Shown: positions 1 through 9,190 of the stretch, piece by piece
Layout: each line of letters starts with the position of its first letter
How positions within the stretch are numbered: the first letter of the stretch is position 1
Source of the DNA: an uncultured delta proteobacterium
Lineage (GTDB): Bacteria; Desulfobacterota; Desulfobacteria; Desulfobacterales; JAFDCJ01
Length of the DNA stretch: 64,000 nucleotides
Assembly (NCBI GenBank): GCA_963769935.1
Contig: CAVYNY010000018.1
Location: 64,001 to 128,000 of the forward strand
Reading direction: 5' to 3'
Translations under genes and position numbers: made by a program
Notes under the pieces: generated by a model
What the model saw: only the letters and a program-made list of their open reading frames with translations
Told to the model about the DNA's origin: nothing
Databases searched by the model: none

Positions 1-534
1 CGCTGCGGCAAGCGAGGCCAGATCATGGACTGTCATGTGAGGCCCGCGGATATCTGAAAGGGCGAGCTTCACACCGATCACAGGCTGCATATAGATCAGA
101 TCCCGGGCGACATCGCCTGTAATCGTTGGAGAGGGGTGCCAGTAGGCGCCGGTCAGCATAAAGGCAGTGATGCCTTCGGCATTGAAGCTTTGGGTTTTTG
201 CATAGAGGCTTTCAACCGACCGGGTGAGAGAATCTGTTCCAAGAAGGCCCACCGCAGTTGTCACCCCATGGACTGTATTCATGGTCAGCGTCATCTCCGG
301 GGTCCGGGTGTGGAAGCCTCCCTCACCGCCGCCGCCTGTGAAATGCTGATGACCGTCTATGAAGCCCGGTACGACAGCCATCCCCTTTGCATCGATGACA
401 GCCACTGCGCCAGGCAGCATGCCGGCATCGATATGTTCTTCAATAGCCAGGATCTTCCGGCCGCCAGCGAGCAGGTCTCTTCTGCCCAGGGCCTTTGGCC
501 CGAAGAGCTCTCCGTTTTTTATAAGGATCATCAT
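1..534 (-). CDS. iadA: Isoaspartyl dipeptidase (beta-aspartyl peptidase), 3' end runs off window
   Basis: Hand translation of minus strand (not in ORF track): MMILIKNGELFGP...VVPGFIDGHQHFTGGGGEGGFHTRTPE...GVTTAVGLLGTD...GVKLALSD; IadA-type HxHxxGGGGEGG motif. Confidence 0.9.
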   Translation of the reverse strand, partial: MMILIKNGELFGPKALGRRDLLAGGRKILAIEEHIDAGMLPGAVAVIDAKGMAVVPGFIDGHQHFTGGGGEGGFHTRTPEMTLTMNTVHGVTTAVGLLGTDSLTRSVESLYAKTQSFNAEGITAFMLTGAYWHPSPTITGDVARDLIYMQPVIGVKLALSDIRGPHMTVHDLASLAAA

Positions 535-602
535 GATAAAGATAAGAAATTGCTTTTCCGGAGCGAATGAATCGAAATTCGCGAATTGTGCACCGGCATC
601 AG

Positions 603-874
603 CTTCCGTCTTCGTTCTTCGAACTACGCCGTGACAAGTCCGACTTCGCTCTACGAGCTACGACGGGACAAGGCAGCACAACATATTGAGGCGTCAATTA
701 AACGGAACCAATAGCCAACCGGATAACGGAAGCGGCCTTGATTGTCAATAGTGATTTTTTGAGGCGGGATTGAACTTATAGGCAAATTCGGGCATAGTTC
801 ACCGTAATGACTGCGGCTGGATTTTTTAAAGTTAGGCTTCCGTCTTCGTTCTACGAACTACGCCGCGACAGGTC
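603..874. repeat. REP-like short palindromic repeats, 3 copies (603-640, 641-672, 837-874)
   Basis: CTTCCGTCTTCGTTCT(T/A)CGAACTACGCCG(T/C)GACA(A/G)GTC twice plus variant CGACTTCGCTCTACGAGCTACGACGGGACAAG. Confidence 0.8.
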
Positions 875-1119
875 AATCGGATAATCTGCATCAATTATAT
901 GATCGTCCGCACCGGGCGAGGAGCACTCATCAAAGATGAGGACGGAGTTGGTTAAACCCCCGCAGTCCAAATAGCGCCGGATGACATCACTCCCCCGCAG
1001 GACCGGGGGGGGCGCCAAGTGATTGACATTGCGTAGAAAATATCATAGAAACGTCTCAAAATTGGCCTTAATCGACCGGTTTTCCTCCAAAACTGCCCTG
1101 TTAAGAGACTCGACAGGAA

Positions 1120-1360
1120 ATGGCTCGTGCAACAAGACATTATATACCCGGTTATGTCTGGCATACCCCGGTGAAACAAAGCAAGAAAATCTTTAACGGG
1201 GTAAATAACCCACAGATGCCATAAGCGAGAATTTCTTCTAAAATTCCCAAGAGACCGGCACAGATGGATGGAGTGGCTATACCAGGCAAAGAAAAGGCAT
1301 CATTGATTTTGATCGACTGATGGGCTTGCTGGGTTTTGAAAATTATACAGAAGTGGAGCC
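1120..1360 (+). pseudogene. RAYT/IS200-like HUH transposase remnant, interrupted by a 40-bp hairpin and internally deleted
   Basis: MARATRHYIPGYVWH-[40 bp]-ITHRCHKREFLLKFPRDRHRWMEWLYQAKKR, then jumps to IIDFDRLMGLLGFENY. Confidence 0.8.
1165..1204 (+). repeat. 40-bp hairpin insert, copy 1
   Basis: ACCCCGGTGAAACAAAGCAAGAAAATCTTTAACGGGGTAA between CAT and ATA codons. Confidence 0.85.
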
Positions 1361-1531
1361 AGCAAAGAGGTAACCAGACGGCGTCGGGGCCATTCTTTTT
1401 TCAGCCGTCGTCGCGTTTCCAGAGTCGCTATAAGGGCAAGGTCGAGCCAGTGTGCCAGCATGCGCGGATATAGAATATCGTTAAGTTAACGGCATTAGGC
1501 TCGACCCCAGTCCCACCCCGGCCCCCATATC

Positions 1532-2857
1532 CTAGTCCGACTCCCACAGCTGCCGGTAGGAGAGAGAATCCAGTATCTTGAGGTATTCCTGCTTCCCCAG
1601 CCGGGGTTTGAAATCACTTATGATCTCGCGGGCCGCCTGCGCATCATTTGCCAGCAGATCGATCACGGTGGCGGCAAGTATCTTGGCGGATGTAATGAAG
1701 GCCATCTCCTCATCGGTCGGTTCGAAATCCTTTGAATGCAGGTCTCCGCTAAAAGACCCTACGAAGGGATGTATGCCGGGCATCAAATGGGTGAGATCGC
1801 CCATATCGGTGGATCCGCCCCATGCCTCAACATAATGCACGTTTTCGTCGCCCAAGATGGCTTCGGCATTCTTTCGCCAGCATTTGGTCAAGCGCTCGTC
1901 GCTTAGGATCGGCAGGTATCCCGCCGTATTGGTGATCTCCACTTTGGCCCCTATCCCCATCGCTCCGGCCCGCAGTGCCCGATCCACTTTTGCATTAATC
2001 TCTTTTATCGCTTCAATCGTTTTTGCGCGTACATACATTTCCAGCCGCACCTCACCGGGAACGACGTTGACGGCATCGCCGCCTTTGGTGACGATCATGT
2101 GGACCCGGACGGCATCCTCATCGCGAAATGTTTCCCGCTGGGCATGGATAGCCGCCAAAGCCACATGGAAGGCGTTTAACGCATTGATCCCTTTGAAGGG
2201 TGCCACTCCGGCGTGAGCCGCACGACCCAAAAAACGCACGGCTTTCCCGACAAAACCGTTACTGCCCGAGGAGATAAAGGCGCTCTTCCCCGGGATATCC
2301 GACTGGGCATGCTGCATCACAACTAAATCAACATCATCCAGCGCCCCCAGCCTGACCAGCTCCTGTTTGCCGCCGAAGTACTTGATTTGGCCCTGCTCTT
2401 TCAGCTTCTGGCGAAACTCGAGGTTGACAAACTCTTCCGCCGGCACGGCAAAGAGAACCACCCTTCCGGGCAATTTATCCATTATTTTTTTCAGACCGAA
2501 GCCGGCGCCCACAAGACCCGCCAGCTGCGCGAAATGGCCGCAGGCATGAACCAGACCGCTTTCCTTGTCTGCTTTCGGATGATCCGCATTGAACAACGCA
2601 TCCAATTCGCCCAAAAGAGCGATACAGGGCCCCTCGCCGGTCCCTTCCAGATAGCCTTTTACGCCGGTGACTGCTAAACGGCTCTGGGTCCGGATGCCCC
2701 AATCTTGAAAAAACGTTTCCACTTTCCTGGCGGTTTTGTGTTCGCGGAAACCTTCTTCCGGTTCGTTAAACACTGAGCGGCCCAGCTCGATGATCTGATC
2801 CCTATTGCCTTCAATCTCCTCGAAGGCTTCATCCTTCAGTTTTTGAATGTTCATCAT
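1532..2857 (-). CDS. M20D-family amidohydrolase
   Basis: PEEGFRE, ELDAL, HACGH, PAEE, GSTDMGD motifs. Confidence 0.9.
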   Translation of the reverse strand: MMNIQKLKDEAFEEIEGNRDQIIELGRSVFNEPEEGFREHKTARKVETFFQDWGIRTQSRLAVTGVKGYLEGTGEGPCIALLGELDALFNADHPKADKESGLVHACGHFAQLAGLVGAGFGLKKIMDKLPGRVVLFAVPAEEFVNLEFRQKLKEQGQIKYFGGKQELVRLGALDDVDLVVMQHAQSDIPGKSAFISSGSNGFVGKAVRFLGRAAHAGVAPFKGINALNAFHVALAAIHAQRETFRDEDAVRVHMIVTKGGDAVNVVPGEVRLEMYVRAKTIEAIKEINAKVDRALRAGAMGIGAKVEITNTAGYLPILSDERLTKCWRKNAEAILGDENVHYVEAWGGSTDMGDLTHLMPGIHPFVGSFSGDLHSKDFEPTDEEMAFITSAKILAATVIDLLANDAQAAREIISDFKPRLGKQEYLKILDSLSYRQLWESD

Positions 2858-3057
2858 ATCAGTCCTTGTATTTTCAAAACTATTTCGGCAACTACGGCTG
2901 AACCGAAAAAGGTTCCCAAAAAGACCGCGAAGGCCACAACCACCAATTTCCAGCTCAGCTGCTTCAGTCGATCCACCTGGGTGCCGACAGCGATGCCGGC
3001 AAAGGCCAGAATGGGAGTGGTGGTGCCCAAAAAGTTCACCGAATTGGTATATTCCAA
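2854..3057 (-). pseudogene. 5'-truncated membrane protein (C-terminal part only)
   Basis: Two hydrophobic segments (TTPILAFAGIAVG; VVVAFAVFLGTFFGSAVVAE), coupled to amidohydrolase start, abuts vapC stop with no evident RBS. Confidence 0.55.
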
Positions 3058-3066
3058 TTAACTCAT

Positions 3067-3468
3067 TTATATAGATGTCAGCACTTTTAAACCAAGGTGT
3101 TTTTCTATAGGATTGAAATCTCTATCGTTATGTAAAAGGACCATATCGTTTTCGATTGCAACTGATGCTATCATGCAATCTATGAAATTTCTTATCGAAA
3201 TTCCCTTGCGGCGCAGGGTTCTATAAATTTCCGCTGCGCTCAAAAAAACTGAATATGGCATCGGCAAAAAAACCATGGTATTGAAAAGTTCCTTTGTTTT
3301 TCGAAACTCATTTTTCTCCCGGACACCTTGAAGTACCTCCGTTAAAATAATACCGCAGATACATATATCTTCCCGGTCTTTTATTAAAAGTTCAAGAACT
3401 GTTACATGAGGCAGCTGTCTTCCGGCAAAAAAATCAATCCATACAGTTGTGTCAATCAATACCATCAT
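3067..3468 (-). CDS. vapC: VapC PIN-domain toxin
   Basis: VLIDTTVWIDFF, EVLQG, DCMIA, HNDRDF. Confidence 0.9.
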   Translation of the reverse strand: MMVLIDTTVWIDFFAGRQLPHVTVLELLIKDREDICICGIILTEVLQGVREKNEFRKTKELFNTMVFLPMPYSVFLSAAEIYRTLRRKGISIRNFIDCMIASVAIENDMVLLHNDRDFNPIEKHLGLKVLTSI

Positions 3469-3668
3469 CAGTTGCGACCCCTGCGCCATTCGGCAAGATC
3501 ACCTTCCCAATTAATTCTGCCTTTTAATTCAAGTATCTTAGTCTGAGACTCATGCCTCAATAATTCTCGCAAGGCATGATCAATCAGAGCCCTTTGGGTT
3601 TTTATGCCCGTGGTTTTCATGCATTTATCAACCAGTTTATCATCAAGTACAATGTTTGTCCTTTTCAT
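3468..3668 (-). CDS. vapB: VapB antitoxin
   Basis: MKRTNIVLDDKL...WEGDLAEWR; TGATG overlap with vapC. Confidence 0.85.
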   Translation of the reverse strand: MKRTNIVLDDKLVDKCMKTTGIKTQRALIDHALRELLRHESQTKILELKGRINWEGDLAEWRRGRN

Positions 3669-3848
3669 ATGGCTGCTCCTTTTTCCGTTTATATACACAA
3701 AATAACACAATTAAGGTGTATTATAAAGAAAAAAAATTGGGGATACCGCTGGCGGTCACTTGCGCCAGAGGGATTTCAATTATTACAAAACAGGCAGTTA
3801 GTTCTGTACTTATGATCGTGAATTTTAAGAAAAAATGCAAATCGGGGG

Positions 3849-3937
3849 AGATAACGACCTAAATCAGCGGGCGGGCAACTACCATTGCTAAAACGGCGCC
3901 GCACTTATTCCGCGTCCGCTTGATTTTTTTGTCAGGC
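3849..3937 (-). other. attC site (R'' mutated to GAC)
   Basis: Minus: GCCTGAC-aaaaa-AATCAAGC...GCTGATT-taggtc-GTTATCT with extrahelical base in L''. Confidence 0.75.
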
Positions 3938-3960
3938 GCTTTTGTTTCTTCATTCCATTA

Positions 3961-4398
3961 TTATGAAGCGGTTATCTTGTATTCGGTTGTGACCTCGGTG
4001 TTGTTCTTCACCATTTGCCACACAGGGCTGACTGATTCTTCAGCGAGTTGAATTGCTTTTTGAATGTCCACGTCCCGCGTATCCCTGGAAGTCAAAAGGA
4101 ATTCGAGAAGTATCTTTTCAAACTTGATTGGGGGCTGTTCTCGCCTTATACCCTTTGCATTTACTTTCAGGCCAGATATATTTTTCTCCATCTTTCTCAG
4201 TAAATATACAATTGCCGTACCGCTGCATCCAGCAAGACTCATAAGCAGTAATTCAAGTCCGTTATAGCCCTGACCGTCGCCTATTGGCGGTTTAAAGTCG
4301 AAGGCAATTGGTCGAGTCGGATTGGATTTGGAGATGCCGGTAAATTGAACTTTATCATTCGTCAGATTAACTGTAACTTGCTCGAATTGCTCTGCCAT
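3961..4398 (-). CDS. OsmC-family protein
   Basis: GYNGLELLLMSLAGCSG; second Cys position reads SVSPV. Confidence 0.85.
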   Translation of the reverse strand: MAEQFEQVTVNLTNDKVQFTGISKSNPTRPIAFDFKPPIGDGQGYNGLELLLMSLAGCSGTAIVYLLRKMEKNISGLKVNAKGIRREQPPIKFEKILLEFLLTSRDTRDVDIQKAIQLAEESVSPVWQMVKNNTEVTTEYKITAS

Positions 4399-4454
4399 AC
4401 TAGCCTCCTTGAATCTGATAATCTTCGTTTTCCTTCATTATATCAGTACGTTTT

Positions 4455-4545
4455 CCGGTCAGGGCAGGGGCCTTCCAGCCCCATTGCCCCCTGAGAACCC
4501 TGCGTGATAGTTTTCCCTCACAGAGCTCAAGCATTTCAAAGGACA
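4455..4545 (-). mobile_element. Group II intron 3' remnant (domains V and VI)
   Basis: Minus: GAGCTCTGTGAGGGAAAACTATCACGCAGGGTTC, a 34-nt DV with AGC triad (4495-4528), then DVI-like hairpin ending CTGACCGG. Confidence 0.8.
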
Positions 4546-4639
4546 CACTTATGGGGCGGCGCGACTGTTCACATCATTCCCATGTTATACGCGCTTTATC
4601 AAATGGAGCATTTTAAACTGGATAGCAGCGATGGTCCCC

Positions 4640-4906
4640 AAAATTTGAGCAGTATGATATCTGTTCAAGAGCCTGCGCATTACCGTGGCGATAGGGGCAA
4701 CACCTATCCTCAATAATAAGTGAAGGCGTGATTATTATAAACGTCCACGCAAAGCAGGGGGTTTTGCTGTCGGATAAGATACCGCCGAGTCGATCCCAAA
4801 AATCACCACGGTCGGGATTATCGAAAAAAAACTTTCTTCGATTAATCCCCCTCACAATTATATGGTGCAGCGCTCCGGGGGCTTCTATGCTGGCTTTTCG
4901 AGGCAT
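4640..4906 (-). pseudogene. RAYT/IS200-like HUH transposase N-terminal remnant (second subtype)
   Basis: MPRKASIEAPGALHHIIVRGINRR...CFAW then frameshifted NH..HLLLRIGVAPIATVMRRLL. Confidence 0.85.
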
Positions 4907-4973
4907 GTCAACCAGGTATCAAATAAATCCGAATATGGAAACCGTAAATCCGAGGAACGTCGCCGATACCCCG

Positions 4974-5042
4974 CACTCAATTCTGATTCCATAAATTTTA
5001 TCCTTTGAAGTAAAACCACTAAACCCCGAAGAGAACAGGGTG
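4974..5042 (-). repeat. Duplicate of ybaK leader and first codons (other copy 10504-10570)
   Basis: ATTCTGATTCCATAAATTTTATCCTTTGA..ACCACTAAACCCCGAAGAGA.CAGGGTG at both places; both start MESELS. Confidence 0.85.
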
Positions 5043-5335
5043 TCAAATCCTGTTCATTGATTAAAATGGCCTCATTAATTACAGATCAAGACGCGTCCCT
5101 CCATCCCGGATTTATATCGCCTTCATTTCCAATTCGCCAGGCGCCGAACATACGCCCACTTTGTTAACGTGCATCTTACGACCATATCAGGCCTTAATCA
5201 CTAATCAAGACCCATTTTCCCATACATACACAAAAAGGTTAAGGTAGTGCCAAAGACTTTTTGGAGACTCATAGTATCCTGAAATTATTAAATTTTTAGA
5301 AAACGACTGTTAAAGATCAGTTTAAGATTGACACT

Positions 5336-5370
5336 ATGACCAAATGTAATTACAGTGGGTACATATAATC
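5336..5370 (+). promoter_or_regulatory. Probable mazEF operator/promoter region
   Basis: TTGACA at 5328-5333 and palindromic TGTAATTACA followed by GTACAT upstream of mazE. Confidence 0.5.
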
Positions 5371-5395
5371 ATAATATAAACTAGGAGCTAATCCC

Positions 5396-5668
5396 ATGGA
5401 AGATCACGCAAGAGTGAGAGATGCAAAGCTGGTCCCAATTGGAAATTCAAAGGGTGTTCGTATACCCAAAGCGCTCCTCCAAAAATATGGCCTAAAAAAT
5501 TCCCTTCTAATTGAAGAAACAGGCAGAGGCCTGCTTCTTCGGAATAAAGAAGAAAGCAAGCTTTCTTGGGAGGAAACATACAAAGCTATGGCAAATGAAA
5601 AGGAACATTGGGACGATTTTGACACAACGCTTCTTGATGGCTTGGAGGATGAAAACTTTGAATATTAA
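5396..5668 (+). CDS. mazE: AbrB/MazE-family antitoxin
   Basis: KLVPIGNSKGVRIPKALL AbrB motif; AGGAG RBS. Confidence 0.85.
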   Translation: MEDHARVRDAKLVPIGNSKGVRIPKALLQKYGLKNSLLIEETGRGLLLRNKEESKLSWEETYKAMANEKEHWDDFDTTLLDGLEDENFEY

Positions 5669-5984
5669 AAGGTACGAGATATATTCCGCAGATCTCAACC
5701 CCACGATAGGAAGCGAAATAAAAAAGGTGCGCCCCCTAGTCATAATTAGCCAAGACGAAATGAATAAATATTTGGAAACAGTTGTTGTATGTCCTTTAAC
5801 CTCAAAATTGCATCCCCAATGGAGGACCAGAATCCAGATTAAATGCGCGAAAAAAAATGCTGAAATCGCTGTTGACCAGATTCGTACCATTAGCAAACAG
5901 AGATTAAAACATAAAATTGATCAGTTATCCACTAGCAAAGCCGCCCAACTTCGAAAACTCATAACTGATATGTACGGTGAATAA
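5658..5984 (+). CDS. mazF: MazF/PemK-family toxin
   Basis: KRYEIYSADLNPTIGSEIKKVRPLVIIS...VCPLTS...DQIRTISKQRL; TTG start after GGAGG. Confidence 0.9.
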   Translation: MNIKRYEIYSADLNPTIGSEIKKVRPLVIISQDEMNKYLETVVVCPLTSKLHPQWRTRIQIKCAKKNAEIAVDQIRTISKQRLKHKIDQLSTSKAAQLRKLITDMYGE

Positions 5985-6038
5985 ATGCTTTCTCCAAATC
6001 ATCTATTCCAATATTTGCTCTTTTGCTTCAGCATCATC

Positions 6039-6072
6039 GCACAACGCCCGGCGTGAGCAGTGCCGCCAATAT
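6039..6072 (-). other. attC right half (L'/R' only)
   Basis: Minus GCACTGCTCACG-ccgggc-GTTGTGC resembles right arm of 14344-14446; left arm absent. Confidence 0.55.
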
Positions 6073-6249
6073 CGAAAAAACTGAACATCGCGTCCTCGAC
6101 GGCAAGCGAATCCGTGGCGAGGGGTCGGCAAATCGTCGAGAGGCAAGGGTAGAAGCTTGTGGACGAAAATATTGAATAATCCGAAAATCCGAGGAACGTC
6201 CCGGTATACGTTAACTTAAGCCTTCTGCCCCTTATTTGATTGCTTTTTG

Positions 6250-6277
6250 CGTCATCCCGGCGAAGGCCGGAATCCAG
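6250..6277. repeat. REP-like palindrome
   Basis: CGTCATCCCGGCGAAGGCCGGAATCCAG, hairpin CCGGC-GAAG-GCCGG. Confidence 0.6.
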
Positions 6278-6402
6278 TCTTTTCAATCTTTCCCAGTCCC
6301 AGAGCTAAGCGAGAGATGATGTCGGCTAAAAAGTTTTATTCACTCATCACGACACGGCCCCATATTTACATGAAGGTTTCGAACCCTTTCTACTTGAATT
6401 CA

Positions 6403-7929
6403 TTAAGGTGCTGCCGGGCCTCCACCTCCTTGGGCGTTGCGCTGTGCAAGGAAAGCTGAAACTGTTTGTCTTCTACCACCAGGTCTGGCTATCACAAAGA
6501 CAGTACCACCCGCAACTCTTCGGCCAAATCTAAATTCGTGAAAAATTCTATATCCTTCTGCTTGACTCGTGAATTGAAATAACGTTCTACTTCCCACATT
6601 ATATTGACCCGTAAACCTGATGGTAGGATCATTAAAAAGATTCTGAAGGAGGGTAGCCTCTGCGTTTAATCCAGCGCGGTGAGCTCTATTGAAAATGGCA
6701 TCGGATATTACCGTTCCAATCCTCCTGGCATAGTTTCGAGTTTGGAAACGCTCTTCCAGAATATGCACAAAATTCAGTTGGAGACTAAGGTCATCGCAGG
6801 CAAGCAAATCTTCAATATCGACGTAACCCATATCAAAGTCATCGACGTCGACAGGTTCTAATGGTGTTCCTGGAGGATTTCCGGGCCTCGTTGATAGGCC
6901 TTGACTTGTTATCAGTCGCATTGGTACTGTTACGCCTCTATCTATGAATGCCCGCATTTGTCTGTCAAAATGGGTGAGGCTTGCCTCATCGTGCAGATCG
7001 TATGCCAAATTCTGTCCATCTAAGCGATAGGTTATTGGTCTAGGCTGAGGCGGTAAGTTATTTAGCCGATCAATCAGTTCCTGCACTCTGCCAAAACCTG
7101 AAGCTTCACCCGGGCCAGGCGGGCGCAATTCAACCCTGCGTTGAATATTTGGAGTACTTTGTTCCCCTCCATTCTGCTGTATAAAATGCGTCAACTCGTG
7201 AGCCAGTAAGCGTTTGCCATCGTTCGATTGAGTATCGTATCGTCCTGCACGAAAGTATATATTTCTCCCTTGCGTAAATGCTCTGGCATTCAGTGCTCGA
7301 CTTTTTTTGTCTGCCGAACTATCCGTATGAACCCTGACCTTCGTGAGGTCATAACCCATGCGCGGCTCGAAAAAATCGCGCGTAGTCGAGTTTAGTGGAT
7401 GCCCTGGGGAGGAAATTGCCTTCTCTGCAGAGCTGGCAGGCTTGCCGATATCATTTCCTTGCGCAGGCTTGGTCTGTATTTGTGTTTGTACGTCTTGTCG
7501 ATTCTGGCTTTTCGGGCGCCCTCCGCCACATGGGCATGCGCGTTGCAAATTAGGTTCGGACATGTGCATCACTTGGTCTGCAACACGGTCTGCTTGCAGC
7601 TCATACATATCTCCTGACGTACTGACCGTAAGTTTTGGTTGCGTCTTCCTTTGTGGTGGGGCGGGATGAATAGGTATCTGGCTAAAGTCATGAACAAACC
7701 GAGCTGCAGCTGTGGCGCTGGATTCAACTTCATGGCTTTGGGAGTCAGCTCGCAGCAAGCTCTGCACTGCTTGACTGCCGGTGATGCGCTGCATTTGTAA
7801 GATAGCGCGCACGTCACGATGGTGTTTAGCAAGAGTCGTGCTGGCTTTTGTTGATTTTGACATTAAGGTCTGATGAATTGCCTTTGATCTTTGTGCGAAA
7901 GTGCGCATGCTTATTATCCTTTCGTTCAA
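6403..7929 (-). CDS. DUF4157 (eCIS-core domain) protein with uncharacterised C-terminal domain; start uncertain
   Basis: VRVHTDSSA...ARAFTQGRNIYF...LLAHELTHFIQQ; upstream QPKLTVSTSGDMYELQADRVADQVM. Confidence 0.85.
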   Translation of the reverse strand: MNERIISMRTFAQRSKAIHQTLMSKSTKASTTLAKHHRDVRAILQMQRITGSQAVQSLLRADSQSHEVESSATAAARFVHDFSQIPIHPAPPQRKTQPKLTVSTSGDMYELQADRVADQVMHMSEPNLQRACPCGGGRPKSQNRQDVQTQIQTKPAQGNDIGKPASSAEKAISSPGHPLNSTTRDFFEPRMGYDLTKVRVHTDSSADKKSRALNARAFTQGRNIYFRAGRYDTQSNDGKRLLAHELTHFIQQNGGEQSTPNIQRRVELRPPGPGEASGFGRVQELIDRLNNLPPQPRPITYRLDGQNLAYDLHDEASLTHFDRQMRAFIDRGVTVPMRLITSQGLSTRPGNPPGTPLEPVDVDDFDMGYVDIEDLLACDDLSLQLNFVHILEERFQTRNYARRIGTVISDAIFNRAHRAGLNAEATLLQNLFNDPTIRFTGQYNVGSRTLFQFTSQAEGYRIFHEFRFGRRVAGGTVFVIARPGGRRQTVSAFLAQRNAQGGGGPAAP

Positions 7930-8186
7930 TGCGCATCAGCTGCAGGCCGCATTTGTGCATGAATCTATCGCCATCTAAGGGCTCACTCAAAAATAACTTC
8001 ACATTTTATACGCCGATGCATTTCTTACGGCTGCGTTGCGAAAGCTCGGAATATCCAGATATTCCTGCGTTTTCGCGCCTTGCCGGAAGAGCGCCTCAAC
8101 ACCTAAAACTGTGAATTAATTTTTTCTTAAACCCTAAGGGTTTGCCCCGCACTTCCATTTCGTCAGCTGCATGCGACTTGTTGAGG
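7923..8186 (-). other. attC site interrupted by MITE, R' degenerate
   Basis: Minus CCTCAAC-aagtc-GCATGCAGCTGAC pairs with GCAGCTGATGCG at 7931-7943. Confidence 0.65.
7979..8134. mobile_element. 156-bp MITE with imperfect TIRs and TAA target duplication
   Basis: GGGCTCACTCAAAAATAACTTCACATTTTA versus reverse complement GGGTTTAAGAAAAAATTAATTCACAGTTTTA; TAA on both sides. Confidence 0.75.
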
Positions 8187-8466
8187 ACCCGGCAAGCGCG
8201 ATAATTTCCTGCGGAACGCTTCGCTAAAAATCGCTGCAACCTGACGAGTGAGCAGAAGGCCACCTCCCGATGGCAAATTTTGCTATGAGACCATTAGCCA
8301 TAGGTTAAACATTAACTTTATGGTTTAAAGAGGTGCCCAACGAAAATATACGCTGGAATTGATCTGCATTCAAATAATAATTTTATGGGCGTCCCCATTA
8401 TCCACGCGTGGTCAGTCCCAAGGATTGACCCCAATCTCCCCTGCTGACGCCCCGCCTGGTGCTTTT

Positions 8467-8736
8467 TTACCTTTGCCTTTTTACCATTGCGAGAGCTTCT
8501 TCATAGGCGTGCAACCTTTCCTCCCATTCATGCAGTTGCCGGTGGTCATTGCGCCAGCGCTCCATTTCACGTTTTCCGTCCGGTGATAGCCCTCCGCCTG
8601 AAACACTCAAGAACTGCTCCGTGGTCATCCCATATTGGTGCTCTCTTTTCAGCAAATCTGCCTTCAGACGCTTGATGACGCTACGGCAGATATTGGTCTC
8701 CCTGCCCATGGAGATCTCGTATTCGTCGTAATACAT
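8467..8736 (-). CDS. Small hypothetical protein
   Basis: 89 aa ORF with AGGAG RBS, helical composition. Confidence 0.65.
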   Translation of the reverse strand: MYYDEYEISMGRETNICRSVIKRLKADLLKREHQYGMTTEQFLSVSGGGLSPDGKREMERWRNDHRQLHEWEERLHAYEEALAMVKRQR

Positions 8737-8847
8737 GAAAACTCCTTCTGATGCGGATTGGGGGTTAAACCTTGAATTGTGAATTTCAAATCCAAGAGGT
8801 TAAGGACATTGGCCAAATTCACAATTCAAGGTATGACCTCAGTCTTA

Positions 8848-9043
8848 CAGTATGCTCAAGCCAAAACGCTTCTTTCCTTCAAAAAGCCACCAGAGTCGCC
8901 GGCGCCGATCTCTGCCAAACATCAAAAGGAATTCCTTCTTATGGCAACGGTGAGTTATTTACCCCGTTAAACCTTTTCTTACTTTGTTTAACTGGGGTGT
9001 GCCAGACATACCCCGGTACGTAATGCCTGCTTGTCCTTGGTAT
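8848..9043 (-). pseudogene. RAYT remnant with 40-bp hairpin insert
   Basis: (ATA)PRTSRHYVPGYVWH-[40 bp]-ITHRCHKKEFLLMFGRDRRRRLWWLFEGKKRFGLSIL*. Confidence 0.85.
8959..8998 (-). repeat. 40-bp hairpin insert, copy 2
   Basis: Minus ACCCCAGTTAAACAAAGTAAGAAAAGGTTTAACGGGGTAA. Confidence 0.9.
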
Positions 9044-9190
9044 GGAGCATATCCATAGAAGCCGATTTTCATGGTCAAAATCATCATTCTAAGGTCGATC
9101 GACAACAGCCGCCACTTTACACCTCTTATATCATGATCACAGGTACTTCCGGCGGTCAGACCCGCCCCGGGTGGAAAATTCGTCCGCTCT

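Noticed and set aside
136..570. 144-aa plus-strand ORF
   Set aside because: Antisense shadow of iadA on the minus strand
603..874. Possible CRISPR repeats
   Set aside because: Only three degenerate copies, irregular spacing, no cas genes; better explained as REP-like
5143..5169. CGTTAAC...GTTCGGC on the minus strand as an attC or attI
   Set aside because: Only 13 nt between cores and no L boxes; could be chance
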